From Sphyrna mokarran (taxonomy: Eukaryota), in NCBI GenBank assembly GCA_024679065.1, contig JAGIQG010000013.1, positions 46,872,001 through 46,936,000 of the forward strand: a DNA stretch of 64,000 bases, written 5' to 3'. The notes below the pieces were generated by a model. That model had not been told where the DNA came from. It was given only the letters and a program-made list of their open reading frames with translations, and made no database searches. The position numbers were made by a program, and so were the translations under genes. Positions within the stretch are counted from its first letter, which is position 1; each line of letters begins with the position of its first letter. Positions 39,084 through 52,689 of the stretch are shown one piece after another.

Positions 39084-39253
39084 ATCAACTTGATAACAAT
39101 TATACTGCTTCAGTAATAATAAAGGACATCGACTACTAACAACATGGTGCCAACAAAACATTCTGCAGAAACACTTCTCTCAACCTTTCTCTACTCCTAG
39201 AAAAACACAGTCTGAAGCTCTCCAATGTAAGTAACTCAAGGTTCATGAAGAAA

Positions 39254-39656
39254 AACATAGAAATATAGATACTATGAGCAGGAGTAGGCCATTCGGCCCT
39301 TTGAGCAAGCTCCACCATTCATTATGATTTCAGCTGGTTATCCTGCCCTCTCCCCGCTATTCTTTGTTCCCATTTTCCCAGAGAGATATCCAATCCCTTC
39401 CTGAAAACATACAATGCTTTGGCCTCAACTGCTTTCTGTGGTTGTGAATTCCAGGGATTCACCACTCCTGGGTAAAGAAATTTCTCCTTAACCGAGACTT
39501 AAAAGGAACCCCTGGTTCTGGGCAATGCAACCATTGGCAACATCCTTTCTGCTTCCACCCTGTCTAGACCTGGTTAGAATTTTGTAGATTCTATGAGAAC
39601 CCCCTCATTCTTCTCAACTCCAGTGAATATAATCCTAACCATCTCAATCTTTCCTT
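39254..39656 (-). mobile_element. CR1 LINE 3' end
   Basis: gagcaggagtaggccattcggccc..ggcctcaactgctttctgtggttgtgaattcca..gggtaaagaaatttctcct. Confidence 0.88.
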
Positions 39657-42600
39657 AAAAACAATGTAGTTACCTTATTCATAGCAGAATTGTAGTTAAC
39701 AAATCTAAATTGATACTTTAGCTGGTGTGCAGATCTTGCAAAATAGAGAAAGTTCTAAGTGGTGAGGCTTCTTGTAGTTAAATTGCCAGGAAGTCGGTTT
39801 CTCAGTGAGCTCAAAATTGGGACAGGTTGGAAGAACGATTCCTCCATGCTCAAGTTGCAGCTATTTTTCTTTTACTATGTGGCGTCTTGCAGCTGGCTGG
39901 ACAGCTGTTCAGATTACATCTCCAAGGTATTTCTGATCAGAACAGCTTTTTTTTTTAAAAAGAACAGGTAACAAACATGGCTGCCTAAGTCACGTGTTCA
40001 ATTATAAGTTCGAAGACTTTCTTCCAAGAAAGGTAGTCAGTTGTTTCTACAAGCTATATTTTAACTTTTCACAGACAAATAACACACAGCCACATTTTTA
40101 TATAAGTGAATTACTCCATTCAATTTAAATTACTCTTTTGAATGCCTTTCAGAAAAGACATCGAGTTTCAGCATTTTTATTGCCCAGGGTGAAGTAGAAA
40201 GGCAGATCAACAGTTGTGTGATAGTCTTGTTCTGTCAATAGTTCATTCTTAACAAAGGGACTTGTGAATTTTGCAAATGGCTGCAATTACAAATTTTAAT
40301 TATGTATTCAATTGAGTTTCAAGTCTCGACAGGAGCCAAAACCGTCAGTCACCTGGTATGTTGCCAGATATGTTAAAACTGTCCGTTTAAAAAATATAGT
40401 TTTCAAATGTTCCATTTTTATACCTGTAATGGCCATGACAATATCCAGAGTCTTCTGCTTCTGGTTCCCCTTTATAACTGTACTCTATTTTATACTGCTC
40501 TCCTATGTTCATCCGGCAGGAAGGATACTTCAGTTGCAAGCAATAAATGAACTCACATACAAAGTAAATCAAAGAAAAAGGTTTAATAAAGAAACAACAC
40601 TCAGGCCACACAAGCTCCTCAATATCCCCATCTGCTTTCTATTTATACTGGGTCAGCTGACCATTTTCCATTGAAATCTTTATAATGTAACCAATGTCAT
40701 CATGAATTACATTATAATATCCTATCAAAATGAATTACTTTATATATCTCCATATCAAATTTCATTTACCATTTTGCAGTTGGTAGAATGGGCATCCAGG
40801 AAGATATAATGGGAACAGCCCATGGAACTTGGGAGTTTGGGAGCCAGGCAACAATAAAGGATATAATTTAAAATGTTGCAAGGGACCTTATTCTATTGTT
40901 TAACGATTTCCAAATTTGTTAGAAACCCTGCCCTTCAGGCATAGTATCTTTGTTGCCTTAACATTAGAACATAGAAATGATGTATATTATCATCTACAAC
41001 ATAGCCTCTATGACTGCCCAACTGTGGTAGAAAGACTACAAATCTTTCAGGAAGTGTAAGGATAGCATATGCACAGAATCCAATTCATCGTGTGAATGAT
41101 TAACTAAACTTTCACCATGTACAATGTAAGTGGCCTTATCTTATATCCTCAGACCTAGTCACCCTGGCAGCTACAGCAGAATTTGGGCCACTTAGTAAAA
41201 TCTATTTTTCAGACCAAGTCAGCAACATTCACTTGTATTTAGGAAAATAATTTGTAAAGTAGTATCATAGGTCCATGCTTTAAACTCCTCAGTTTCAGAC
41301 ATCTCTGCTCAATATTGAGCAAACTACAAAGCAAAGCACTCTTCATTTTTCAGGCCAATTTCACTTCTTTCACCTGCTATTCAACTAAGTCTCTAGGTAG
41401 ACTTGTTTCCAAATCTTCAACATTATTTATTCTGAAGTTGTTGGAAGATGACCAGGTGTGAATCATATGGTGTCTCTTCCTTCCTCCTCCTCTATTTGGG
41501 AAATTACCTGGCATCTGTGATTCAGCTTTCATTGCTATCAGCCTGAGAGCCTATGTCTTTCATCTTTACAGTAACTCAATATCCTTCACAACAATGAAAA
41601 CTGGTGTGTTATTTAAAAATCAAAGGACATGATTTTGGTCTTGTGTCTAGAGTTACAGAAAAGTAGCAGTAGCTATGTGCCCTACTCCTGCAGCTAAACA
41701 ATATCCCTGATAGGGTGCGAAGTCTCAAAGCTAACCAGTCAATGGATGCACCCAAATTAACATTGACAATTCAGCCTAAATCCAGTGTTCTTAAAATTTC
41801 TCTCTCCTTAAAATAAGACTCCTGATAAGGAATGATTCTGGGCCAGTCAATAAATAACTTCCTTCAAATGGGAAGAACTGCACTCTATACAAGTATCTTT
41901 TACTTATTTAACTGAATATATTTTGTAATCTGCAATCTGTATTCGTGTGCATTATGTATAATTATCTGAGAAAATTGATAGATCTCAGTACAATTTAGAA
42001 TAAGAAAGCCAAGGGTAATAAACTAATAACAGCTGCACATCTCAAACTGTGGGCCAGGTGATTAATAATAATGCAGCATTACATCAGAATATAAACCTTC
42101 TGTTTATTTTTTAAACTATAATCTAATTCACTTTATCAGCCAGGATTTCCAGACCATTCCATCATCCTCTGAACTTTAACTTATTAAATCAGCAGTCACA
42201 CAAATTAAAAAAAAACTTTACTTTGAAAGCAATTGAGGCTGAGAACACTAATACACATTTAAAAGTCAAAATTCAGCAGTTGCTGTCCAAGGTGCTTGAC
42301 ATCCATAACATACACTCAAACCTCATATCACTGTCTCGCTCACTATTTAAATGTATTCAGCACAGTGAATTTCTTGTAATTATGTTGCAATACAGATTAA
42401 ACACACCCCAAAATACTAAGGCTTGTCTTTTTTACTCTAATGATACGCTAAATTTTTACTACTCCCAAACGATATTTATAGAACTGAAAAGTACAGTCTC
42501 GTTGTTTCAACTTATCGGAAAAATTAAAATAGAATGTGTAAATATATCTTTCTTTGCCTAGTCAGCCAACTTTTCTTTTCCCCCCTCTATTTTGATTTTT

Positions 42601-42850
42601 GCACTGATTTGGTATTAAAGTTAATACATTGACTTACACTCGCTATCTCAGATTTGACGCTGCTCATTAACAATTCTTCAATTTGATTGTTGAAATACAA
42701 AGGTCCCAGCTACCCAACTCTCTCACTGTGCCAATGTTATCTCATTTGAATGAGCCATTGACAGCAAACTTACTGTATAAAACCCCACACAAGTCAATGA
42801 GTTTAACAACAATTTAACAAATTTACAATAAATTCCAACCCATAATATTT

Positions 42851-43180
42851 GGGGCAGCATGGTAGCACAATGATTAGCACTGCTGCTTCACAGCTCCAGG
42901 GTCCTGGGTTGGATTCCCAGCTCGGGTCACTGTCTGTGAAAACTCCACACATTCTCCTCGTGTCTGAGTGGATTTCCTCTGATTTCCTCCCACAGTCCAA
43001 AGACGTGTAGGTTAGGTTGATTGGCCGTGCTAAGAAATTGTCCCTTAGTGTCCAGGGATATATAGGTTAGAGAGATTAGTGGAAATAATATGGGGATAGG
43101 GGCTGGGTGGGATTGTGTTCAGTGTAGACTCGATGGGCCGAAGGGCCTCTTTCTGCACTGTATGGTTCTATGATAATCTA
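42851..43180 (+). mobile_element. HE1/V-SINE, full length
   Basis: ggggcagcatggtagcacaatgattagcactgctgc head through gatgggccgaagggcctc..ctgcactgtatggttctatga tail. Confidence 0.92.
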
Positions 43181-43304
43181 CACAAAACATTTACTGAAAG
43201 TCCTCAGCCTTGATGATTCAGACTTATTAATAGGCAAATATAAACAATAGCAAGTACATGCATGGCATTCAATAAGCCCAGGTCAATTGTCACATTGTTA
43301 TAGC

Positions 43305-43593
43305 AATCATAAAAACTCTACAGTGTAGGAGGCAGCCCATGAAGTCTTCTCTCACAACAATCCCACCTAGACTCTATCCCCATAAACCCACATATTTACC
43401 CTGCTAATCCCCTTGACATGAAGGGGTAATTTATCATGGCCAATCCATCTAACCCATATATCTTTGGACTGTGGGAGGAAACCCAAAGAGACATGTGGAG
43501 AATGTCCATGCACACAGTCACCAGAGGCCATAACTGAACCCAAGTCCCTGGCTGTGAGACAGCAGTGCTAACCACTGTATCACCAGGCTGTCC
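43305..43593 (-). mobile_element. HE1/V-SINE
   Basis: ctacagtgtagga tail rc, tctttggactgtgggaggaaac, gcagtgctaaccactg head rc. Confidence 0.9.
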
Positions 43594-45885
43594 ATTAGAC
43601 AACAGCAAACAAACATAAATCATGACCAGGCCACCATGTTACACTTTTTGGTAGAGTACAGGAGCCATCCAAAATGGAGGGTCTTTTTCTGTGATTTTTC
43701 CAATCCATTTATGTTTGTAAGAGCATGAATGCAACATAGGCATTGTATTGCAATTAAGTCATATTTTGAACATGTAGACAATTGCCCATTGACCATACCA
43801 TCCCATCAGTTTCCCAGTTGATCCCACAATTAATTGTGTTGTCACCTTAATAATAAAATTATTTAAGCATTAAATCAATCCCACTTAAGAAACATTTTAA
43901 AGCATAATTGTAGCCCATAATTATTTAATACAACTTCCTGCTCTCTTTATCATCATATAATGAATTCTACAAATTAAATGTTCAACACCTTCACTCCAGG
44001 CAATGAAGTGAAAGGTACTATGAGAGTGTCTTTAGAACTTGTTGCAAATGTTATGCGGAGTGCTTATAAAGCTATTATAACCATGACCAGCTGCACAAAA
44101 ATGGTCTTAATTGAACTCAACATTTTTGTAATGGTGACTCCATGTGACCTACTCAGAAAAGGAAAATTAGCATAATGCAAATTAGATACAAGGAGGACAA
44201 AAATGGAACTGTAAGTAATGCCCCAAAGCCATTATTTTAAAATAAACAGCATATATAATTATATCTGAATTTCTCCATGCCAATTTGCTCAAAGAGAAAA
44301 AAGATTGAATCAAGAAGCTAGAAAGAGACTGTGAAAGCTATGTAAAATGTTTGATACTAGTACAGTTGCATTGAAACGAATATAACATTTGTTAGTCTTA
44401 AAACTTAACCAACTTACTTTTGTGTTAAACCACAGGTAAAAAAAATCTCATCTCCACTGCAATCTCTAACATGTGGCCTAAACTTAGTACTGTGGTTGAA
44501 TGATTTATCCAAGTTAGAATCTTCGTAAAACAACTCATCCCTTTAAAAAAAATGCAGCCAAGGATAGTGATCTGAACAGATGCACAAGACTCCATTAGAT
44601 CATCTGTGAAGGGCTGAAGTTCATCAAGTCCTCCTGATGCTCTGCTATAACTTTGACAGAAATTTGTTGGAAGCCCTGTAGAAACTGAATAAATTACAGT
44701 TTACCTAATTTCTCCAAGGGTTCAGCCAATTTCCAGTTACTTTGCAGATCAGGAGAACTGCTGTCAAAAGTGACCATCGACTGGCTAGTTATTCAATGAG
44801 ATCACAGCTAAGCTATATTTTATCCCCAATCAATGATGCATGTACTTTTCAGCAATGCTCACGAGGCAACAAGTGACATAATTGTTTGCTTTATTTGCTA
44901 ATTTAGATATGCTGAGAGCAATTTTCTTCTACCAAATAAAATCCATGATTCACCGAATTGAACGGACCAGAGATGAATCTATGGATCATTTTGGTGATAA
45001 TCATGAAGTGCATTTGCCCAATGAGCTATCGGGAAAGTCTAGATATAAAATAAAGATGTAAATTAAGTTGAACGTTCTTTTATTAAAATCATTTAATATT
45101 CAACAAACAGTTCTTTCAATATATGCTTTCATTGTATATGGAGAGAAAATAGTGGTTACGATTTGTCATCCATTTGTTCAAGATCAACAAGCTAACGTAA
45201 CTTTGATTTTAGTATGAACCTTGATTGCAGTAGTTGAATGGGCAATAACAAACCTTGTCATATCAGGCAGTTAACAATAATTTTTACCTCATGTGATCCA
45301 AATTCTCTTGGAAACTAAATTGGAAATGAAGTGATGGCAATAATGAATTGAATTTAGATCCATTTTACTTGTTGGCAGAGGTCAAGAAATGGGACTAGTC
45401 TTCTGTGTTTGTCAGTGCTGGGTTTAGCTCATTCCAAGTGTTGAGAGGAACATTTATAGCAGCAAAGCGCTAAAGGAACGATGTCAGCCCTAGAATCAAC
45501 AATTCAAAATCGGGCATTCAAACTTGGAGCCATGACCATTGCACAACTTTGTTTTTTTTTAAATGGACACCTTATTAACCATTGCCTTTTTGCCAATTGC
45601 TAGGTAAAATGATTGATGATGATGATTCTGAAGAAATGATATAACTACAGCTTTGACAATATTTTCCAAATAAAGCTACTATGGCCTGAACTTGCATCAT
45701 CGCAAATAATGCAATAGTAACACATGGCACTGATAATATGGAAAGATCAAGGAAATAATCAACTGAGTTATGCCATGTGTGTCAAATGTGCCAAAGCTGC
45801 CTAGCACCATTTGCACTACTCCAGTGTCAACAAAAGTTTGTTGTCTCCATTGTATTTAATGAGGATAACCAGTTTAATAAGAAAA

Positions 45886-46085
45886 CTAGGGCAGATGCTG
45901 AAATCTCAAACAAAAAAGGAGTGTAATGGAAAATCTCAGGAATTCTGGCAACATCTGTAGAGAGAGAAAATAGTTAAAAATTATGAGATGGTTTGACACT
46001 TCTTTGGTTTTGTTCTCTCTCCCTATACATACTGCCAGACAAAGAGTTTTCCCAGCTTTTTTTTTAGGATCATCAGTTTGCAGAA
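45886..46085. mobile_element. Penelope-derived fold-back element, decayed
   Basis: tctggcaacatctgtagagagagaa / ttctctctccctatacatactgccaga arms. Confidence 0.55.
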
Positions 46086-46859
46086 TGTACAACATTATTC
46101 ACATTGCAGCCAATTGGATGGAAGATAAAAATGGTGTGGATAACTTGATGTGCAATGATGTGACATATGTTAATATATCACTTTGGATACTGTACTTCTC
46201 ACCAACTTTGCTGCCCAGAATGCTGAAAGAGTCAGAAGGCAATTATTTTTGGGGACTATATATGGTTTTATATTTTGATATTGAAAGCATTGTGATGGTC
46301 TATGCACTGAGCATTCTTTTGTTCCTGATCATTTTGGATTACCTATTGGTAGCAAGAGTGCTGCTTGAAACCATATGGTAAGAGTTAAATCAATCTTGCT
46401 ATAACTCTCCCCAGAAATTATGCTTGCAACAGGTGTCATTCGCACACAGGCAGCACTTCAGCAAGGAAGCAATTGCTATCAATGGGATATGCTCCAGGAA
46501 GACCTACAGCCACGACTAACAATCAACTTCCCACAGGCCTTTACAGTGGTAATGATGGCGAAACCCTCAATTTCAAAAGGTACCACTGCCTTCAGGCACT
46601 GAAAATCTCAACTTCAGCCAAGATGCCAAGTATTGTACTCAACAGCTGATAGGATGCCACCTTCAACAGGATAACTGGCATAATTCAATGCAAGATATCC
46701 ATTGCATAGCAAAGAAATCAACTTCCACAGATTGCAGACTTTCCCAAGAGTCTGTCATTGGGATTCATATGTTGCTCACTTATATCTACAAAGAAGATAA
46801 TTATTCAGAAATTATGCCCAGCTGAATATTCCTTCTGCAAATGATGATTCAAAGGCAAT

Positions 46860-46995
46860 GGCCAAGATTTTTTGCTTCCCATCTGGTGGGAATTATCATG
46901 GGCAGAATGGAAAATTTTATGGAATTGTCAACTGTCCTTTGACTCTGGATGAGAATTTCTGATCTGACGGTGGGTGAAACCAGAAAATCTCAACC
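46860..46995. mobile_element. Small MITE
   Basis: ggccaagattttt ... agaaaatctcaacc terminal inverted repeats. Confidence 0.45.
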
Positions 46996-47734
46996 AACAA
47001 TATATGCAGATATTACTGTAATTACGTTATTTAACATTGAGTTAGGTTAGTTTTGACTCAAATGTAAATTTCAACTGTTTATTTTATACATCTTGGCAAT
47101 CTGTTTTTATCTGTAGTCGTAGCCACCTCTGTTCTTGTGCCATTCCAACGGCAGATGAAACTTTCATCCAACCTTGTGACCTTGAGGATAGTCTCTTGAG
47201 CTACACATCAGACAAATTTCAACACATCCAAAATCCTATAAGCCATATCACAAATAAACATTTAATCACTGTCAACTGTTCCCCTCTTTCTTCTGTGTTC
47301 TCATTACTATTCCTGTTCCTTCAAACTAGCCTATGCCCTCAGATCTTGTAACTTTAGCCGAACGTTCAGCACTTGTTATATACCTACCTATCAAGGAAGG
47401 TACAATGTTAGCCATCACACTCCAACATCATGAAATTATTCTCATAAACCACTCTGTCTTGATACGTCTCACCATAAGTATGACTTTTTTTTTGTAAAGT
47501 TGCATCTTCAACCAGTTCTTTCATGTCAGTTTTCTCAGCTAAACTTCACTATCCATAACTCCCCACACTCCCTATCGCTGCTATAAAGTTATGCAAGCGC
47601 TTCTCTGGATATGCACTAAGTTAAAAAGGGAACATTTTCTCAGATGTGCTGAAAGGAGGAATTTAAAAATTATAGAATATGAAAATGCATTATTACTACT
47701 GCACAACAGAAAACTGCATTAATAATCACATTTT

Positions 47735-47815
47735 CAAAAATTGAAGTGCCCCAAGGCACTTCACAGAAGGACTGTAAAACAGAATATAACACAAAGCCAC
47801 ATAAGGAGAAATCAG
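47735..47815 (-). mobile_element. L2-type LINE tail fragment
   Basis: cccaaggcacttcacagaagg..agccacataaggag, same family as 25878. Confidence 0.55.
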
Positions 47816-47844
47816 TTGTTTCGTAGTACAGAACTTGAGTATTG

Positions 47845-48180
47845 CTGAAAAAAAAAAGGCCATGTCAAAGCCTTTTATCTTGCATTCATCTGGACACCTT
47901 GCAAGGATACCAGTATGTGGGGAAAACAATTGATACAGTGTACGAAAGGGTTCATTAATTGCAAGTGTCAGCCTGGAGAATATACCAGTTGATGTCACTG
48001 GCAATTAATTGCCAAACATTGTTTGAAATTTAAACGAGGAAGTTTGATCCTAATTAGTCAGGGCATTGTCCTGAGGAATGACCTAGCAAATGGTTGTTAG
48101 TTATTTTAGTTAGCTGAAACAAGTGCAGTATGTGTACCTGTGCTTTCTGTCCACAAAGAACAGGGCCCTGTATTAATGAG
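47845..48180 (-). mobile_element. Penelope-like element 3' end (second family) with decayed hammerhead
   Basis: Minus translation QGPVLCGQKAQVHILHLFQL (Penelope C-terminus-like); rc 47864-47895 gtc cagatga atgcaagat aaaa ggcttt gac. Confidence 0.65.
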
Positions 48181-49009
48181 GTACAACTTGGTGTCACCAA
48201 CATCCCTGTGGAAATGGACATGTTTATGGATGAGCAACACAAAGACAAAAACTTCAAACTTCATTTTCTCCCCTTTGGCACTGTGCTTTGCATTGAATAG
48301 GATTTCTCTGCAGATAGTCTGCATTTAAAAGATGTGAACAAAACTTGATAAAAAGTTTTCAACTTTTTCTCAATTTAAGCCAGGGGCCAGGCTTATGAAT
48401 AAGGTTCTAGTTGCCATAATCATTACAGGATTGCATAGTTACAGCATGAGTCTGTAATATGTCAACAGCTAATCATCCAAGTTTCAAAGCCAAATGCATT
48501 GTATTCTGCAATCTATTCAAGCCATATTTAGAAGAGTTCTCAGTAAAGTATCCTTAACACATTAATGCAAAATCAAAGGCCAGAGTTATTCACTGAAGCC
48601 AAAGAGACTGAAGACAACTTGCCAGTAAGAAACAAAAGAACCCTCATGCATTTCTTGATCTTCAATTAACCATTCTGTTCTGTCTTTTGCAGAGTACATG
48701 GTTCACAAGAGATGCTGATCAAAGCAATCAACAGCCTCAGCCTCACTAATTGCAAAGGAGCTGGCAGGGCAGAGGGAACAAACCCTGAGTAGCTTCCTTG
48801 AGAACAACAGATGCTTTTTCATTTATGGCCAAATACACTTCGTCTTAAGAATATTAAATTAATATAAATGCAGCTTTCATTCGGTTAGTTCCAATGTGTA
48901 AGACTGCTGAAATAACAAAGGGACACAAGAAGAAAATTCTCATTTTATTGATTGGACCAAAATAAGATAAAATCTTATACAATACTCAAACGGACATCTA
49001 ATTGCCTTT

Positions 49010-49240
49010 TCCATTTTTCAGCTAAATAAAATAACTGACAGCCGTTTGCTAGATCATTCCTTAGGACAATGCCTTGACTAATCAGGATCAAACTTCCTGG
49101 TTTAAATTTGGGCAGTTAACTGCCAGTCATTATCAACTGGTATATTCTCCAGCGTAATGCCCCTATTGGTTGATGAGTGGCTTTCAATTAATCAGCCCTC
49201 TCATAAGTATAGACGTTTTAAGTTTTGAAATTCTTTGCAC
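49010..49240 (+). mobile_element. Inverted second copy of the 47845-48180 repeat
   Basis: 49016-49152 is the reverse complement of 47973-48119 (e.g. ctggagaatataccagttgat, aggaagtttgatcct, ggcattgtcct). Confidence 0.8.
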
Positions 49241-50045
49241 ATCAAGTTGTCAGCTGGTAATAGTGAAGGACCCAGGCATCTGGGTTGAGAGTGAAGAGGA
49301 CAATGAATTTCTCCTTCATTAATAAAATCATCAAGTTAACAGTTAAGCACAGAGAAGTATACATTCAAGTGGATAAATTCAGTACTATATCAGGTACAAG
49401 AGAATGAGCATAAACTAACTATTGAATAGAGACCAAAGAGATGTTACAGAAGTTAAAGAACATACATTAAAACTTAGCATTTTTTTCAACTTTTGATCAA
49501 GTTATCAAGAGACTTCATATTTGTTATTTGGAAGAGATTGAGGGGCAATAATTAACACTTCATTTATCTCTCTGGCAAAAAATAATAATTCTAACATAAT
49601 GACTTAAACTGAAATAGGTAATAATTTTCTCTGCCTGGTTTAGCTGGTGTCCACACAAATATAGCAGCCCCACATCATTCACGCATATCATTGGTGAGGC
49701 TGAAAGGAAAATAATGCTTCTGCAAAATTGACATTTTGGATAGCACCATGTGAATTCAACTGTGTGTCTGTTCTTGCAGCATTTGGATACAAATAAAACA
49801 GCACTATTAGCCTCACCAATGAGGCCAATTAATTGTCTAAGAGTGCCAATGGTTATTATGCTGGAGGAGCTGGTGTTGAGAAGTCCCATTATATTTAAAT
49901 TCCTCCAACTTTTACTTGCTTTCATGTGAGCTTATGAACCACTGGCTTGCACTATATCATGAGCATAAAGTTTCATATTTCAAACAAAAATCTGTAGCAG
50001 GTTTTTTTTTTTACATTGAACATTGCAACTAAGAATTAAACAATC

Positions 50046-50418
50046 AAGGGATTCTTTAGCCTCCCCATGGTGTTTTTCTCCAGCATAAGGAGGTGGTGCA
50101 TTATTGGCCATTGATGGAATTTTCTGGTCGCAGTGCTATCAATGGTTTTTCCCATGTTACTGGGAAATGCAGTGGAGGCGCACGATCAGTGAAACCAGAA
50201 GATTCTGCCAGTCTGACTAGCTAGAAGATCACACCCAACTTCCGAGATTCTCTGGTCTCCCTGCAGCACTCTTGAGCAATATAATACATTGTAGGCTGGC
50301 AGAGAGATCTACTGGTCCCACTGCTATCAATGGTATGTCCCACACTAATCAGGAAGTACATGACGTTGGTGGGACCAGAAGCTCCATGCAATGTGAAGAG
50401 CCTGAAGATTGTGCGCAA
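50046..50418. mobile_element. Two tandem copies of an approximately 185-bp palindromic MITE
   Basis: tggtcgcagtgctatcaatgg / tggtcccactgctatcaatgg, accagaagattc / accagaagctcc, gaagatcacacccaa / gaagattgtgcgcaa. Confidence 0.6.
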
Positions 50419-51180
50419 TATATATTTCTTTAAGCATTACTAGGCATTAAAATATTTTCTTCTCTTCTTCTCCTTTTCTGACTCTATGTTGCAACAAGGC
50501 CAGTTACCCTAAAGTGCTTCATCCAAACAACCCTCCATGAATATTGATGCAGATCATGATGTGATCAAACAACCAATTTAATCCATCCATCAAATGCTTA
50601 CCGAGTATGATTTCTCATATCTGGGTGTATATACCACTCCCTATTCATAGTGTTGCTGCTCTCAAGATCCATCTTTTCAAAGTTCTCCATCTTTTCATGA
50701 ATCTATTATCACCTCTGCAAGATAGTATGTTCTTAAATGATGTTCTTACATCATCTGCATAGCCAGTGAAACTTGCACCTTCACCTCTGCCACTCAACTT
50801 ATCCTTACTTACCAAAGTCAACTTTACATAATTTCTGATCCATCCTATGAGTTTCTATCACTCATTAGCTCTGTCCTCACCAAAATTCCATCCCACCTCC
50901 AAACACAAGCAATAAGTTCAATTCTACAACATAATTTATGAATTTATTTCTCGCTTCACTTCATCTTATCTCTTACATTTGAAGTATCTGTTCTATTGCT
51001 CTTGCTCTATCAATCAGCCCTATCTGGTCCAGGCTAGCTACAGCTATAGTCGCCTAAGAATCAATTCATTACCTTTGTTTTTGGGGAAAATGGCCATGGT
51101 GAAAACAAAAAACTTATAGCACTAGTTGATTTCTTCACTTGTATGAGTGAGAGAGAAAATACACAGTACATATACATACT

Positions 51181-51420
51181 GGGCAGACTGTTAGCACTGT
51201 TGCCTCACAGGAACCCAGGTTCGATTCCTGGTTTGGGTCACTGTGTGTGGAGTTTGCACATTCTCTCCGTGCCTGCATGGGTGTCTTCCCACAGTCTGAA
51301 AGATGTGCTGACTAGGTGTATTGACCCAACCAGGCTCTGGACTATGATGACTAAGGGAAATTCAAATAACTTCATTGCAGTCTTAATGTAAGCCTACTTG
51401 TGACTAATAAACAAACTTTT
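51181..51420 (+). mobile_element. V-SINE subfamily with non-CR1 tail
   Basis: ggttcgattcc B-box, V-domain, tail taacttcattgcagtcttaatgtaagcctacttgtgactaataaa. Confidence 0.88.
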
Positions 51421-52689
51421 TAAAACAAATTACATCTTGCAGTTGACTTCACAGCATACCAAAAGATGGTATAAACACACCAAAATAATTCACATATCCG
51501 GAAGAATAGGAAACCATGAAATTCCACTGCTGCGAAAGAATATTTTAATACATGTACATTTAAATGTTAGAGGAATACAGTAAGCCCAAGCCATTTAGAT
51601 AAATTTCCAATCCATTAAAAATTGCAGTTCAATTTGCTGATGTACACAAGTTAAAATGTTCCTCAAATACTTACTCAATGAGGCAAAGCATACTATGAAA
51701 GATTTAGTACATTACCATTTCAGAAGTTTGCTTAAATCCCATGAACAATGTGGAGACTGAATGACAAAGCTGGAATCATTTTATAGATAAGTAGTGATAA
51801 ATTTAACACTTTCCTGGAATCTTTTGGAATATTCAGCAGTTATCAATTCAGTAGTTATTGATTGCGAAAGAGAGACATGCTGGGTTATAAATGACTAATG
51901 ACATATGGAAAGCTTCATGGGACAAGAAGCTTGTCTGTAATAACCAACAGGTGGGTTCTGTAAATATACAGAAATAAGCAAAGCTCAGGACTGCAGGGAA
52001 TTCTGTTTGCTTCTTTTCTTCCCCACCAATGATTCACACAAATTGCATTTTACACACAGTTTCACACTTAATGTCAAATGACATTAGCAGCAGGATTCTG
52101 AAAATGATCTTTCATTCAATCATCCTAATGTGAACCTATTAACAATGTGCCCAGCAATAACTTTTTGGATTAGTCAGGAGGAATACCATCACCTGATATC
52201 TTCTAGCCAGAGTTAGAAAGCCAATTTTCACTATGGTGTTGGGAAACAGGAGCCAAATCTGTTTTGGGGTTAGAAATTTCCTTCTGTGGGAGTACACCTT
52301 TAATTGATATATAGGCAGATTTTGTGTCTGTTTAGAACTAGTGGGGACAGAAAAAGATGGATCAGATCAAGTGTGGGGCTAATGCACAGCAGCCATCACA
52401 CTAAAACTGCTAATTGTCCCAAGGAAGAGAGAGACCTACGATTTGTGCCAAAGTCTTCTCAAGAATCAACTAGAAGCAAGTTGTCACTAAGGAATGAGCG
52501 GCCTGCATGCAGAGCAGGTTCCATCCATGCCAACCTGGATAAAATAATGGAAGCTATGAGGGAAGTCTTCTTCCCAGAGAGTGGCAGAAAAGTTTTTAAC
52601 CTCTTCATAAAACAGAAAGACCCGTCTATTCAGCATCACACACTAGCCTAAAATTCTGTCGACTCTCTCATCTCCTGCTCCTTTTGCAA

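Noticed and set aside
40312-40674. 120-aa ORF and overlapping antisense ORF
   Set aside because: No recognisable domain and no convincing splice-site pair
45983-46381. 132-aa hydrophobic ORF
   Set aside because: Begins inside a fold-back repeat; composition is explained by T-rich DNA
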